Origin: Paraspadella gotoi
Taxonomy: Eukaryota > Animalia > Chaetognatha
DNA length: 64,000 bases
Direction of reading: 5' to 3'
NCBI GenBank assembly: GCA_051294375.1
Contig: CM119266.1
Coordinates: 4,524,573 to 4,588,572, forward strand
Under the pieces are notes generated by a model. It saw only the letters and a list, made by a program, of their open reading frames with translations, ran no database searches and was not told the origin of the DNA. Shown piece by piece: positions 38,423 to 51,999 of this stretch. How positions within the stretch are numbered: the first letter of the stretch is position 1; each line of letters starts with the position of its first letter. A program made the translations under genes and the position numbers.

Positions 38423-41400
38423 TTCCTCTTCACTCCCCCGTCTCCCAAGGCCACCTTTATACATGGCGGGAAATCTTTTCCAGGGTTTTCTTAATGTATA
38501 GTGTGCCTAAAATCACGCTCCGGGAGCACAGTTGAGTCTGGCGCAATCCTGCCGCCATCTGGAGATAATTGGGGAGCGCCCCAGCTGACGCGTCCCACTC
38601 AACTATGAGCGCCCACCCGAGGCGGAGGAGGAGGAGGAGGAGGAGGACGGAGGAGGAGGAGAAAGATATAGAAAGAAGGTTAAAGTTGCCAAAGATTCTA
38701 CTGTGCAGAGATGAGGAGAGGAGAGTGAGTTAAAGATAGCCGGGGTTTCCTCATCGGATACAGGAAAATCCATTGCAATTTGAACGCACTATATAATATA
38801 ACCTATCTTCAAGTATACACCCGAACCGTGTCAGGGGTCGGTCGAGTCTAGAGAAGAGAGAGATACAGTCAGTGAGCACGGGTGAACGAGAGAGGAGAAT
38901 CGAGTTGACGAGGGGGAGTCAGAGAGAGAACACAGATGACCGAGAGAGGGGAGAGGTGAAAATTATTACTAAACAGCTGTTCTTGTTACTGTGAGAAAGA
39001 GCCAGAGAGAGAGAGAAGAGACGAATGAGGGAGAGAGAGGAGACAGAGAGAGAGGAGAGAGACGAGAGAGAGGAGAAGACGAGATAGGAAGAAACCAGAT
39101 GAGAGGGAGAAGATGAGAGTGAAAGGGAATTATAAGATCGTCTATGATCAGATGATCACAAAGAAACGACGAACCAACGACGACAACGACGAGTGTAGCC
39201 TTCAAGGAGACGGCGACCTCGTGCTCCCTCGGCGCGATGAGGCGAGACAGAGAGAGAGAGTGAGAGAGAGAGAGTAGAGAGAGAAGGAACGGGATGAGAG
39301 GGAGAGAGGGAGAGAGAGGCAGTGATAGGGAGGAGAGAGAGAGGAGATGTAATGGGAAGAGAGAGAAAGAGAGAGAGAGAGAGAAAAAGAGGAGGAGGGC
39401 GGAGAGGGGAGAGAGAGAGAGAAGAGAGAGAGAGGGAGAGAAAAAAAAAGAGAGAGAGAGAGAGAGAGAAGAAGAAAGAGAGAGAGCGAAGAGAGAAGAG
39501 ACGAGAGGTAACGAAGAGAGAGAGAGAGAGGAGAGAATAGAGAACGCAGAGTTAGAGAGAGAGAGGGAGAGAAATAATATCTGAGCCAGTCGTAGAATGG
39601 GCGAGAGGTAAGTTGGAGAGCGGGTTCGCCGCCTTCCCTTGGATGTGAAGACGAGAAAGAGGAGGAGAAGAGAAAGAAGAGACGGAGAAAAAGACGAGAG
39701 GAGACGGTGAGGAAGGAGAGAAGAGATTAGAATAGCGGACGGGTAAGTTTCTGGTTTCGATCCTTACCCTTATGGATCCAAGAAAATCTGGTAGAAGGAA
39801 GATTTCATTGTGACTGAGATTTTCTGTATTTGAGTATCTTGAGAACACGCGGTCTCTCATCGCTTAACCAACGAGAGGGAGAGAAAACAGTGCACACAGT
39901 CATCCTGTACTGGGACCCCTGACTGTCTTTATCTCCCTCTCTGTCTCTCTCCCTCTCTCCTAGAAACCTGTTCTTACATTGGGTGTGGCGTCCAATAGTC
40001 GAAGCGACACTCAATATCTATTGGCCGCAAATTGAGGATGAATCAGTGATGCTATTTGAAGGGCGGTTCTTCAGCACCACGCAATAACTCTAAGAGTCTG
40101 AATGTGGGAATGGGGATGAGAGAAGGGAGATGGTATGAGAGTACTGAAGGATGGATCGTAGGAAAGTGAGCTGAACTGGTGAGATAACGTAATTCGTGAG
40201 AACGCCAGTTGTATGTTAATGTATTATGTGAGATGTTAATCTGAAGGATTTGAATCTGAAAGTCTTTGAATGTGCTGAGACTTTGTTTGAAGAGTTCTGA
40301 AATAATGAGGTTTCGGTGAATGATGAGAGTTGCGCAGAGGTTATTGAGTGATAATTGTTATTGTCGTTGGCTTCGTATTTCATGTTTATGGTTCTTTCGT
40401 CGTCATTGTGACCGTTCCGGACAATTTTGATGTACTTTCTTTGGGACTAAATATCACACTAAACGTTGTCTTAATATTTATGGTTAGTATGATAACAGAG
40501 TGCTTAAAAGAAAAACAACATGTTAGGTATGAGGACCACAGTTTAAACTGGACGAAAATTGAGATAATTTATTATGTTAGTTTTCAGAGGATATTTAATT
40601 ATCAGTCAGTGAAAACGGAGATTAATTGAAGCCATCCGATGAAGCGAAGAGGAAACGATATATAAAAGTTGGAGAACGAGAGCGTGAGAGGGGCATTGGT
40701 CTGCGGTTTTTGCTGGCGCTGGCGAGCGGCTCTGGGTTGCATGTGGCGGTCGGTATTGGTATTCGGCGGCGGGCGGCAAGCGGCAATTATGATCCTTTTG
40801 GGTTTATACATTGTCTAATACACGCGAAAGATTTGCGCAGTTTCTCTGCTATTCATTTCACCTTGGTTTTGTGGGCTGGCGAATCATAAAGAGAGTCCCT
40901 AAATGAAACTTGTGTTAATTGGGGTTTGAGTTCGATTGCTAGGAGGGAAGGTACCAGGATGCGTGCAGTATAGTTATATATGATTAACAGCTTTTTGGTT
41001 CGCTCTGGGCGAATGCCTTAATCTTTCTATGTTTTGTTATATATATGTTTTATCGTGCCTTGTTTTTTTTTTTTGGGTGGTAAAATGGGTGGATTTCTAA
41101 CTAGTGATATAGAAAACGTTAGCAGATCCTTCATAGCATTCGATCGTTCTTCTTTATTTTCTCTTTCTCTTCTTTCTCCACCCTTTGTTTTACTTGTTGC
41201 TTATCTTTTTTATCATAGGATTTCCCTATACTCTCCACTGTTCTCGTTAGCTTTTACAAGTTAAGTTTAAGAATAAACACATATGTTAAAGATACATAGG
41301 GTGATTTTCAATAAGTTTTGTTGTTGAGTAAGATTTTTTTCTTTATACCATCGTTATAATGATCATTAAATGACTAATATCTATCTGTCCCTATTCTATT

Positions 41401-42180
41401 CTTTAGATTTTAGGTTTTTCTTCTTTCCGTTTATTACTTCTTTCCTCTCTAGCTTCTTCACCTCTTTGTCCCTTTTTACAAATTTACTCTCACTGAGTCG
41501 TGTCCATCTGTCTTTTACCTTTTTTTCTTGATTTTCCTTTGAGCCCAGATTTTTTCAATGCTGGACGTCCAGCATAATTCATAGTCATTCTTGGCCTTTA
41601 ACTTTTTTAAGTGGGAATTGTTTTTTAGCTCAGTTATTCATTTGGGCAGGGCTCGTACTTGGCTATCTTACGTCATAGAGAAAAACATATGTTTGCACGG
41701 CTTCAAGGTACAAGAGAGCGGTTCTGTAAAGAAAGCGCAAAGATCAAATCCGGATTATTTACTACCCTTGTATTTTTTTAGTTTCTCTCCCGGATTACCA
41801 GGATTTAGCTTTCTTCCCTGACCTTCAATGTTTACATCCTGTCCCTATACATCCCATCATCCGGGACTCGCCCTTTATCTCGTCTCTTCCAATAAATAGT
41901 TAAAATTTGATTAAACCCTAATCTTTAAGTAGCGCACCCACATCAAATAAAATATACCTAAAAATACATGCCACTCACTTCGCTCCTAATATTTAAATAC
42001 GATCTTTAGAAATTATAAAAATAATCCCAACCCATCGAATCATTTTAAACAGTATCAAAAGACCCTGACAACACCAACAAGCGCTTAGACCATTTAACGT
42101 ATGGCCAACTTTGAATTATATTGTGATTGGGCGGAATATGCAAACGAGATTGAGTCACTTTAATATCCGACCCCACCTCC
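38423..42180 (-). other. Indel-rich inverted copy of about 43495-46540 (probable artefact)
   Basis: Several reverse-complement anchors (ctgtgcagagatgagg, cgcttaacca..gagagggagagaaaacagtg, ttttcagaggatattta, gagattgagtcactttaatatc); starts at a 25-N gap. Confidence 0.8.
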
Positions 42181-42783
42181 CCCCGATCCCCCCCTCCCAG
42201 GGCCCTCCCCAGCCCCTTCCACGCCCCTCTTCCCTCGTCCTCTCCTATATTGAGAATTCCCGCGTCACCGGAAATTCGGGACCTTTGTAAAAAATCCCAT
42301 GGACCATAAGAATCTAAAAAATATAAATCGATATTCTCGGAAATCATTTAATTCCTTCGCTAATCATTTCCGTCGGCACAGAAGGAATGTATCACGGACT
42401 CATATGCCTTCTCCCCGGTCGGGCCGTACCAATTCTCTTCCCGGGGTCGGGCCCTCGATCATCTCAATCCGCGTCACTCGCTCACTTGTCGGTTTCGAAA
42501 TATAAAGGCGAGGCGGAGAAGGTCGAAGGTCGTACGACCCGACACGATGACCCCGTCGTCGATGTGGCGCAATGAGGATCCAAGGGGGGGGGCCAGATGT
42601 GGCGCGATTACGTCAACGCCAGAAAATAGGTGATGACGACGATAACGACGACGACGACAGAGAGCACAACGACGATCACGACGATAGTGTCGTCAACAAC
42701 AACAACAACAACAACAGGTCTCAGGTAACGATCTTTTCTGAATCGACGTCGGAAACGATGAAGTTGGTTCTTAGAATCAACAA

Positions 42784-42784
<1 letters not shown>

Positions 42785-42817
<33 letters not shown>

Positions 42818-42839
42818 TGATGATGATGATGATGATGAC

Positions 42840-42887
<48 letters not shown>

Positions 42888-43132
42888 ATAAAATCGCGTT
42901 GGCCGATCAGTGGCCTCTCGGCCCCTCGGCATCTAGGCCTGTCGGTCTGTCCATCTGTCAGTCTCTCGGTCTGTCAGTCGGTCTTTCGATCAGTCCGTCG
43001 GTTAGTGGTCATGTCGGTCTGCCGGACTGTCGGTTTGTCCGTCCGTCGGTCTCTCGATCGGTCTGTCAGTTTGTCGGTCTGTTGTCCGTCGGTCTTTCGG
43101 TCGGTCTGTCAGTCTATCGGTCTGTCGGTCTC
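42785..43132. repeat. (GAC)n/(GAT)n run followed by degenerate (GTCG/GTCT)n
   Basis: Visible directly. Confidence 0.85.
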
Positions 43133-44377
43133 TCTCCGAAGATGATTCTCGATGCAAATAAGGAGGCGATGATGCAAAGGCGATGATGCCGATGCAATCA
43201 TCTACTCGGATGATTTCGATGTGATTAGCGAAGATCGAGAGAGAGANNNNNNNNNNNNNNNNNNNNNNNNNNNNNNNNNNNNNNNNNNNNNNNNNNNNNN
43301 NNNNNNNNNNNNNNNNNNNNNNNNNNNNNNNNNNNNNNNNNNNNNNNNNNNNNNNNNNNNNNNNNNNNNNNNNNNNNNNNNNNNNNNNNNNNNNNNNNNN
43401 NNNNNNNNNNNNNNNNNNNNNNNNNNNNNNNNNNNNNNNNNNNNNNNNNNNNNNNNNNNNNNNNNNNNNNNNNNNNNNNNNNNNNNNNNNNNNGGGGGAG
43501 TTGATATTAAAGTGACTCAATCTCATTTGCATATTGCAATCAATAATTCAAAGTGGCATACGTTTGGTTTCTGTTTAAATACATGGTTTATTTTTATAAT
43601 TTCTAAAGATTATTAAAGTTATTTAGGAGAGTAGTGTATTATTTTTATATTTTATTTTTATTTGTCTCTTAAATTAGGTTTAATCAAATTTTAACTATTT
43701 ATGAAGAGACTGAAACATATTATGAGAAAGGGATCTGCGCTGTTTTCTCATGACGTTACGCATGGACGTCCAGCAGAAAAATCTGGGCTCAAGAAAAAGA
43801 AAAAGAAAGAAGGAGAGAGAAAAAGTAAAAGAAAAGGAAGAAGGAGAGGAAAGAAGTAAAAGAAAAAGAGAAAGAAGGAGAAAATAAGGAGAGGAAAGAA
43901 GTAAAAGGAAGAAGAAAGAAGAAGATGGCGAACGATTTGCCGCCTCTCGAACTCAACCCAAGTCATTAGGACTCCTTATGATTCGCGCCCACAACCAGAA
44001 AATGAGGACGGCATCTTCGCGGAGGCCGCTGCCGCCCGCCGCCGCCGCCCGCCGCCGCCGCTCGCCGCAGCCGCAGCCGCCTCTCACGCTCTCCTCTCTC
44101 AACTTTATATTCTTTCTTTCGTTCACCGATGGTCAATTAATTCGTTTCACTGACGATAATAAATATCCTCTGAAAAACTACATAATAAATATCTAATTTC
44201 GTCAGTTTAAATTTTAAATCGGACGTTCTTAACACTTTTATCATACTAACCATAATATTTTTAATGTGATATTTAAGGACAAACAGAACGACTGACAGAC
44301 CGAAAAATGAATCGAATCCAGACTAAAAATTTCGGTCATCATCGTTCATCATTCACCGACTTTTTCAGTTTTCAGTC

Positions 44378-44540
44378 TCAGATTCAGATTCAGATTCATC
44401 TTCAGATTCATTCACATTCATTCAGATTCATCTTCAGATTCATTCACATTCATTCAGATTCATCTTCAGATTCATCTTGATTTTCATCTTCACATTCAGC
44501 TTCAGATTCATCTTCAGATTCAGCATCATATTCATCCTCA
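44378..44540. repeat. TTCAGA/TTCATC hexamer-based tandem repeat
   Basis: Visible directly. Confidence 0.85.
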
Positions 44541-44746
44541 TTTCCTTTTTATTCAACACCCAATGTAAACAGTCTGTAAACAGTCAGTCATCAGTCTGTT
44601 CCACTGTTTTCTCTCCCTCTCTGGTTAAGCGATCGGGACGCGTTTCTCCTCTCAACATAAGAATCTCAGTCACCATGAAATTTCCTTCTACCATTTTCTG
44701 ATCCATCAAGGGAAGGCCGAACCAGAACTTACCCTCGCCAATTCTA

Positions 44747-44796
<50 letters not shown>

Positions 44797-45238
44797 CTTT
44801 CTTTACCCCCATTTTTTCATCCATTTCAGTGAACGAGTTTAAAAGGGGGATTTGAATTTGATCCCATTATGAATTCATTACCTTTTCTGGCAAAATAGGC
44901 CGCAAAGCGTTTTTAGATCACCCAGTTTTTTTATAAAATAATTTTTTTTTACTCAGTCTCAGGATGAAAGGAGGCTATCTGCATTTTTTTTCACCTTTTT
45001 GGGATATTTCAAAAAAAGGTTTTTTTTTTCATATTTTCAGACCAACGGTTTCCCGACGAAAAAAGTTAAAAAGAGAGAAAAAAACGAGAGAAACAGAGAA
45101 AGAGAAAAAGTGAGGGGTGAGGGCAGAAGCAGGGAAAGTGGAAGAAATAAAAAATCTCCCATTTTGATTTTCTAGTTGAGCAAATAACTTGAAAGAGTTC
45201 TGTCAAAAGTTGTTATGGTTGTTTCTGTGTTATTTTTC

Positions 45239-45342
<104 letters not shown>

Positions 45343-47380
45343 CTCTTTTCATTCTGTCTCTTTTCTCCCCATTTGTTTTCAATATTTTCATGAGAGAGAG
45401 AGAGAGAGAGAGAAAGGAAGATCGCGCGTGTTTTTCATTCGTTTCCATCTGGGCTACTCTTCTACTGCGCCACTCCGCCACACCAACGCCGCCTTGCCTA
45501 CGTCATCCACGCCACCGTTAACCATTGGCGCTGTTGGCGTGATTTGCCTCTCGCATCCCGCGTATGTCTATCGACCTTTGGGCGCCAAACGAGCAGCGGG
45601 CAGATTTTAAAAACTTGCTAATGGTTTTAGGTCTCATTAAAGCGACTTTTTTCCCGCTTTTAGCGATGCTTCCGTTGATAGTTATATTTGAGTTTCAAAT
45701 TTTTGCAAATTTTAACGTCGCTATCGCTTGTTTATTATTAAATATTTAATTTCATGTCGTTGACGTTGAGCCGAAACTTTGCCTTTTTGACGGCGTCGTC
45801 GTTGTTGTCGTCGTCGTTGTCGTAGTCGGTCGCCGCTGTTATTGCTGTTGTTTTTCTCGAAATATTCATCGTCGCATGCGTCGTCGTCGACATCTCGTCG
45901 TCGTCGTCATTATCGTCGCCGTCGTAGTCATAATCGTCTCACGAGAAAAAGGATCCAGAATTTGGTTTCGCGAAATCGATTCTCTTGAATTTTTAAACGA
46001 AAGACGACGGAAGAAACGTTAAACAGTTTTGAATGCAAGACAACTACGACAATGATAACGACAACGACAACGACGACGACGACAACGACAACGACGACGA
46101 TGACGACGGCTACGAATAGGTTTTCTATCTTTTGCTCTTTGTCATATTTATAATGTCATCCTCTCGCTCTCTCTTTCCGCGCCTACGTCTCTCTGTCTCG
46201 TTGAAATTCAATCCGAGCTTCGTTTCATAAACATTCATTTTTTTAGTTGATGATATTCATCTCTCTCTNNNNNNNNNNTCATAATTCTTATCCATGAATA
46301 TCTTTAACTCACTTTCCTTCCTCATCTCTGCACAGTAGAATCTTTGCGGCAACTTTAACCTTCTTCTAATCTTTCTCCTCCTCCTCCTCCTCCTCTACCG
46401 CCGGCCTTCACTTTGACGTCTCCCACATATTTCCGAGCAGCAATCATCTCCGACGGAGATTAGCCGAATAACTCATTAAAACCTGGAAAAAACTTCCCGC
46501 CATAATGATTCCGTTGGGAGGTGGGAGTGAAGAGGAGAGGAAGATGGGATAAGGAGAGAGAGAGGGGGAGAAAGAGAGAGAGGAGATGACGGCAGAGGAG
46601 AGGAGGAGAATGAGAGAGAGAGAGAGAGAAAGAGGAGAGACGAGAGAGAGGATGTAGAGAGAGAGACGCGAGACTACTTCTAAACCTAAGAGTCGGGACT
46701 GAGACCGAGAGTTTAAGATTAAGACGGAGATTATGTAATATGTATAATATGTATAATATGTAATATGACTAAGACTGAGAAAATAGTTTAAGATTCAAAG
46801 AAAGATATTCATGAGACTAAGCGTGAGACTTAGTCCAAGACGATGATCATGATTAAAAATAAGACTGAGACTTAGAATTAAACTTAAACTTAGACAAAAT
46901 CTTGGGTTTCAATTTTTTTTTCAAAAACACCAGAGCAAAACATAGAATCTAAGAAAAGGAAAGGAAAAGAAAGGAAAGGAAAGAAAGGAAAAGAAAAGAA
47001 AAGAAAAGAAAAGAAAAGAAAAGAAAAGGAAAAAAAAGGCTAATATTATCTGAAACATGTTTAGTATTTTTAACATATATCAAAACATATATCGACAACA
47101 AACTTACGAATTTCTTGCTGGAATAAAACAAAGAGAATAAAAGAAAGAGACGTTCGATTGCACAGTGCACAATGCACAGTGATTTTTCTCTGCCAGAATT
47201 TTCTTATTTTCTCTCCACAGTGATTTTTCTCGTCCGACGACGAAATCTTTTCGCTCAATGTGCGACTCAATGAAGGAGATGCAATCGCCCGTGCCCATTG
47301 TCCCATGTGCAATGTGCAATGTGCAATCGCCCGAATGCGGTCGCCAATCGAGGCGACCGTCACGGATCAAATCGGCGAGT

Positions 47381-47622
47381 CTGTCAGTGTCAGTGTCAAT
47401 GTCAGTGTCAATGTCAGTGTCAATGTCAGTGTCAATGTCAGTGTCACCGTCACGGGTCCAATCGGCGCCTCTGTCCGATGCCAAAGATTGCTCAGTCTTA
47501 CTCTCACGGTATGTGTCACCGTCAGTGTCAATGTCAGTGCCACCGTCAATGTCAGTGTCACCCTCAGTGTCAATGTCAGTGTCAATGTCAGTGCCCCCGT
47601 CAATGTCAGTGTCACCGTCAGT
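47381..47622. repeat. 12-bp repeat (GTCAGTGTCAAT)n in two blocks
   Basis: Visible directly; explains the QCQC, SVSM and TLTL ORFs. Confidence 0.9.
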
Positions 47623-47920
47623 ATCATCACGAAATTATCCTCGTCTTCTCATTCTCTTCTCATGCTAAATCCGCATAATACTTCATAATAGTTCAGATTT
47701 GTATTAATGCATATGTAACTGTAGACTGTAGACTGAAGACGAACAGTTTACAGAGTAGAGTCTGATCCTTCAGATTATATTCCGCCTAAATTGCTAACGG
47801 ACTCCGGACAGACAGACAAAACTACTTCATCGCCCACAATCCGCCCACAACCAATCAAGACCACAATCCAATTCACTATCCACCGACCACGCGAAACTAT
47901 TCCTTCGTCTTCACGGAGCA

Positions 47921-48068
47921 AACTCGGGACGAACTCGGGACGAACTCGGGACGAACTCGGGACGAACTCGGGACGAACTCGGGACGAACTCGGGACGAAC
48001 TCGGGACGAACTCGGGACGAACTCGGGACGAACTCGGGACGAACTCGGGACGAACTCGGGACGAACTC
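47921..48068. repeat. Perfect 11-bp tandem repeat (AACTCGGGACG), about 13 copies
   Basis: Visible directly, no spacers. Confidence 0.97.
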
Positions 48069-50947
48069 ACGATATTCACGACGATTATAAGACGACTTCG
48101 AGAGAGCGAGATCGCCGCGAGTTACGACGAACGTTCGTCGCGAGTCTCAGTTTTACGAACTCAACTAAGAAATGTGTTTAGAAATAGAAAATAGTAATGG
48201 AAAATTGAATTTGAAATGGAAATAGGAAATAGAAAATAGAAATAAAAAATAAAAAGTAGAAATAGAAAATAAAAAAAACAAAAATAGAAAATAGAAATGA
48301 AAAAAGAAAAACAGAAATATAAAATAGAAAATAGAAGTAGAAAACAAAGATAGAAATTTGAAACAAATAATAATTGTGTAAAGACCGACGGACTGAACGA
48401 ACTAGCGTTTCATCAATTGACCGACGAATTGACCGACAAATTGATCGTCGTCGCGTCACGAAATCCTAAAAAATCAAATCCTCGTCCATTTTTTTGTTTA
48501 TTTTTTGAGGTAAATTAGTTAATTCGGTTTAATTCGGTTAATTCTCTTAGACGAGGATTCGTGCGTAATGGATAGCAAACAAGACAGGGAGAGAGAGAGA
48601 GAGCAGACGTAGGATGAGGAGGATGAAGACGAGAGGAGAGAGGAGAGGAGGAAGAGAGAGAGAGAGAATCGAAGAGAGAGGGACAGAGATCAAGAGAATG
48701 ATAAAGACAGACAAAGGAAAATAAATAGTCGTAAACAAATTGTTAATAAGTATATTGGTAAAAACAATATGAATCTAACACATCTACACCACTGCGGGGT
48801 ACTCAATTACTATTTTTAGAAGAGAGAGAGAGAGAGAGGAGAGACGAGCAGACGAGATGAGAGAGAGAGAGACGAGAGAGAGAGAGACATGATAGCACAG
48901 GACAAAGAAAATAAATATTAATGTAAAGACAAATTGTAAATTAAGTAATTTGGTATAAAACAATATGATCAATCTGAATATCTAATACACTGGCGCTGGT
49001 CTCAATACCTACTTTTAGAACAGACGAGAGATGAGACGAGAGAGAAGAGGAGATTCCGAGAGAGGAGAGAGAGATGAGAGAGAGAGAGAGAGAACGAGAG
49101 AGAGAGAGAGCAGAGAGAGAGAGCGCTTGACAATGAAAAGGGGTAAATATACTTGCTGTGAATCGAACTGACGATTTTCTTAATGTATACTTTTTACAAG
49201 CGTCCATTATTTACCGAAGTATTTAATTTTAGCCAACATTTTTTTAAAGGTGTAAAAATTAGATAACGACGAAATAGGCGATTTTAAAGCGGTGCATTTT
49301 TTTTTTATAAATTATTTTATTATTAAAAATCATTTTAAAAAAAATATTTTAAAAAAACAAGAATTACGAATCGATTTTTTTTTTTTCGTCACAAAATCGC
49401 GACTCGAAAAATCGCGACTCGAATCATCGTCTTCTAACCATCGAGATGAGGACGAGGAGACGATTAACGACGAACGAGGAAGGAAGACGCACGACCGACG
49501 ACGAGCGACCGGCGTTCCATGGCGTTCAGAAACGGAGATCGGCGCGCGAACGAGGCGCGAGAGGAGGAAGAGGAGGGAGGAGGAGGAAGAGAGCAGAATC
49601 GTCGGTTTGGTTTCGCCGGAAAACCGGAAAACCACTGATGTCGTTGATGGCATCGTTCCTGATGCATCGTTGATGGCCATCTTGGGTGCGCGACATCGAC
49701 TGCGCGAAACGATCGCGCGGTCTCTTTCCCCGCGTCTTTGTGGCCGTACGAGGGCGAATGGCACGAATGGTGCGAAAAAAGAGGCGAGTGGTATTCGGCA
49801 AGATTTTAGTGTGGACTGGCACTTTTGGGATCGGTTGGTGACGAGATGGTCTTTTGTTTTATGAATAAAAATCGACTATTGTCAAATGTGAATATAATTA
49901 TACAAACTGACAAAACACAATTCTGATCACCACGTAATCATGTGCAATTCTAGAATGAAAGGCTTTTATTTAAAAAAAATTGTATAAATTGAATTTAAAA
50001 ATTCGTACTAACTAGTTCAGTTTTTTCTATTTTATTGCCTTATAGATAAATAATTTATTATGTCATAACTAATCGCAACAAATCGCATGAAGTTAACTAT
50101 TTTTCGTAATGTAATGTAATGTAGTAATGTTTTGTAATTGGCGCCATGTGATTTCTCTTTTTTCTTCTCTTCTCTCCTTCCATCCGATGAGATTCTCTTC
50201 CTCCTCCTCCTCCTCCTACTCCTCCTCTTCCTCCTTTTTCTAAAATCATTTTCTCTTTCTTTGAAGAGACCGCAGATCGTAAAGGAAAAAAGAGTCTCTC
50301 TCTATTCTTAGAATGTCTTAACTTGTTAATTTACTTAATATGATTATCAAAACTGTTCTACTTATTATGGCGTGAGTGGTCCTTCATCCGTTTTATAATA
50401 CTATTTTATATTAAAATACACTTACTCAAATATACACGCTTAATAAGTGATGCGGTTATATTTTATTTTTTTCACAGAGAATTTATGCCCTTAAATTCTA
50501 ATTTACATATTACAATAAGGTTTTACTGTTATGTTTCCTGGTCATGTGAATTTTATAAATTAACATTCTTCGGGTCATATATCGAGGCAAACTACTGGGT
50601 CACTTGACCTTGGCGTGGCCTTGCAAATAAAAATACAGAAAACAAAAGAGATAGAAACTATAACATTTTATTCAAATCAAGATAGGAATCTCGCTACTAA
50701 AATGAAAAAGAGTTATAAAACAGTCGGAGACAGACCAATCTTTGTGCGAAATCTTTGACTCTTTAATTTTTTCTCATTTAATCCTTGAACGTTCTTGAAG
50801 CGTCTATTTTGTTTTTAGATTTCTTACGTTTATAAACTTTTTAAAAAATATGTTTATTGATACCTTGCTTGTTTTTTTCTATTATTAATTTGTGTTTTGT
50901 GCCAAAATGCATTTTTGTTCACACACCGAATTTTAGTTATCATAGAA

Positions 50948-50993
50948 CAACGTAATGCTTTCGGCTTTGGATTCAAGCCCTTCTCAGCCGTCA
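50948..50993 (-). ncRNA. Minimal type I hammerhead ribozyme (Penelope-associated), one core base missing
   Basis: Minus strand TGACGG-CTGAGA(AG)-GGCTT..AAGCC (stem II)-GAAA-GCAT-TA-CGTTG; same position in the element as the copy A hammerhead. Confidence 0.7.
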
Positions 50994-51999
50994 ATGATTG
51001 TGAAATTTGCCTACAGTTTTTTTGTGTTGCAAGTAGAAGGGAAAAGAGAGATGAGAGAGAGAGACGACGAAGAGAGAGAGGAGAGAGAGACGAGATAGTT
51101 GCAAAAAGTTCCAAACACAGAGTTGAGAAAAAATCCTAATAGTGCGTCAAGTGGTGAGGACACGGTTAAGAATGAGGACAGATTAGAAGATTTTAGTTTT
51201 AAATAAGGAAATTGAACATGGTCCAGAGTGTTTCAGAGAGATGAGATGAGAGCAAGACGAGAAGGGAGAGAGAGAGGAAGAGAGAGAAGAGACGACAGGG
51301 AGCAGACGAAAATAATATTACATTTTCAAATTGTACAACAATATTTAAAGTTTTTAAACTGTCTATTAACAATCTAACTATTTAATAAATAACATAAGTC
51401 TGAGCGTGCAAAAATGAAATGGAAAGTTGAGCAAGATACATTTACGTCGTTAAGGATTGGTAATAAAGTTAGAGAAATTAAGAACTAAGAAAGAGCTCAA
51501 AGTGAGCTGGCCCCCCTTGGTTGCGACAACATGAGACTAGGCTCGGGCGATGGGGCTGCCCGGTCATTGGCGTGCTCATATGTCGAGAGGGACAATTGAA
51601 CCGAATACTGTTATTGTCGGGCTTTAGAGGCTTCCTTGCGCGCAAACATTTCCAGCGCTACTCCGAATGTCTCTTTGGCCTATACGCCTTGCCAGCTGCC
51701 CTCTCTCTCGCCTGCTGACGAGGTGGGCCGGTTGGTCAGCTTCTTTCCACTATTTTGTGACAGGAGGCTGGACTCCTCCCCCTCCTCCTGCGAGCCGCCT
51801 CGTTCCCTTCCGGTCGACGCTCGCTCCCAGAGAGAGGGATTGCAGCTTGCTTACCCAGTCGACGGGAGAGGCATCGCCTTGCCATTGCCTGCGTAAAAGG
51901 TCTCCGGCCTGTTCACCGTCGGAGCTTAGCACCAGGCGGACATCATTGTGCGGACGTGCCGTCGGAAGGCGCGGGCTTCCACTCCCACGCTTTCTTATA

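Noticed and set aside
45950-45980. RIWF, resembling homeodomain helix 3
   Set aside because: Not followed by QNRR and no upstream helix 1 or 2 sequence.
48590-49125. Approximately 200-bp tandem duplication bounded by (GA)n
   Set aside because: Both copies are noisy, so a real duplication cannot be told from an artefact; no functional signal.
49292-49864. GC-rich stretch with 100-190-aa ORFs on both strands
   Set aside because: No recognisable domain or convincing splice sites, and several frames are equally open.
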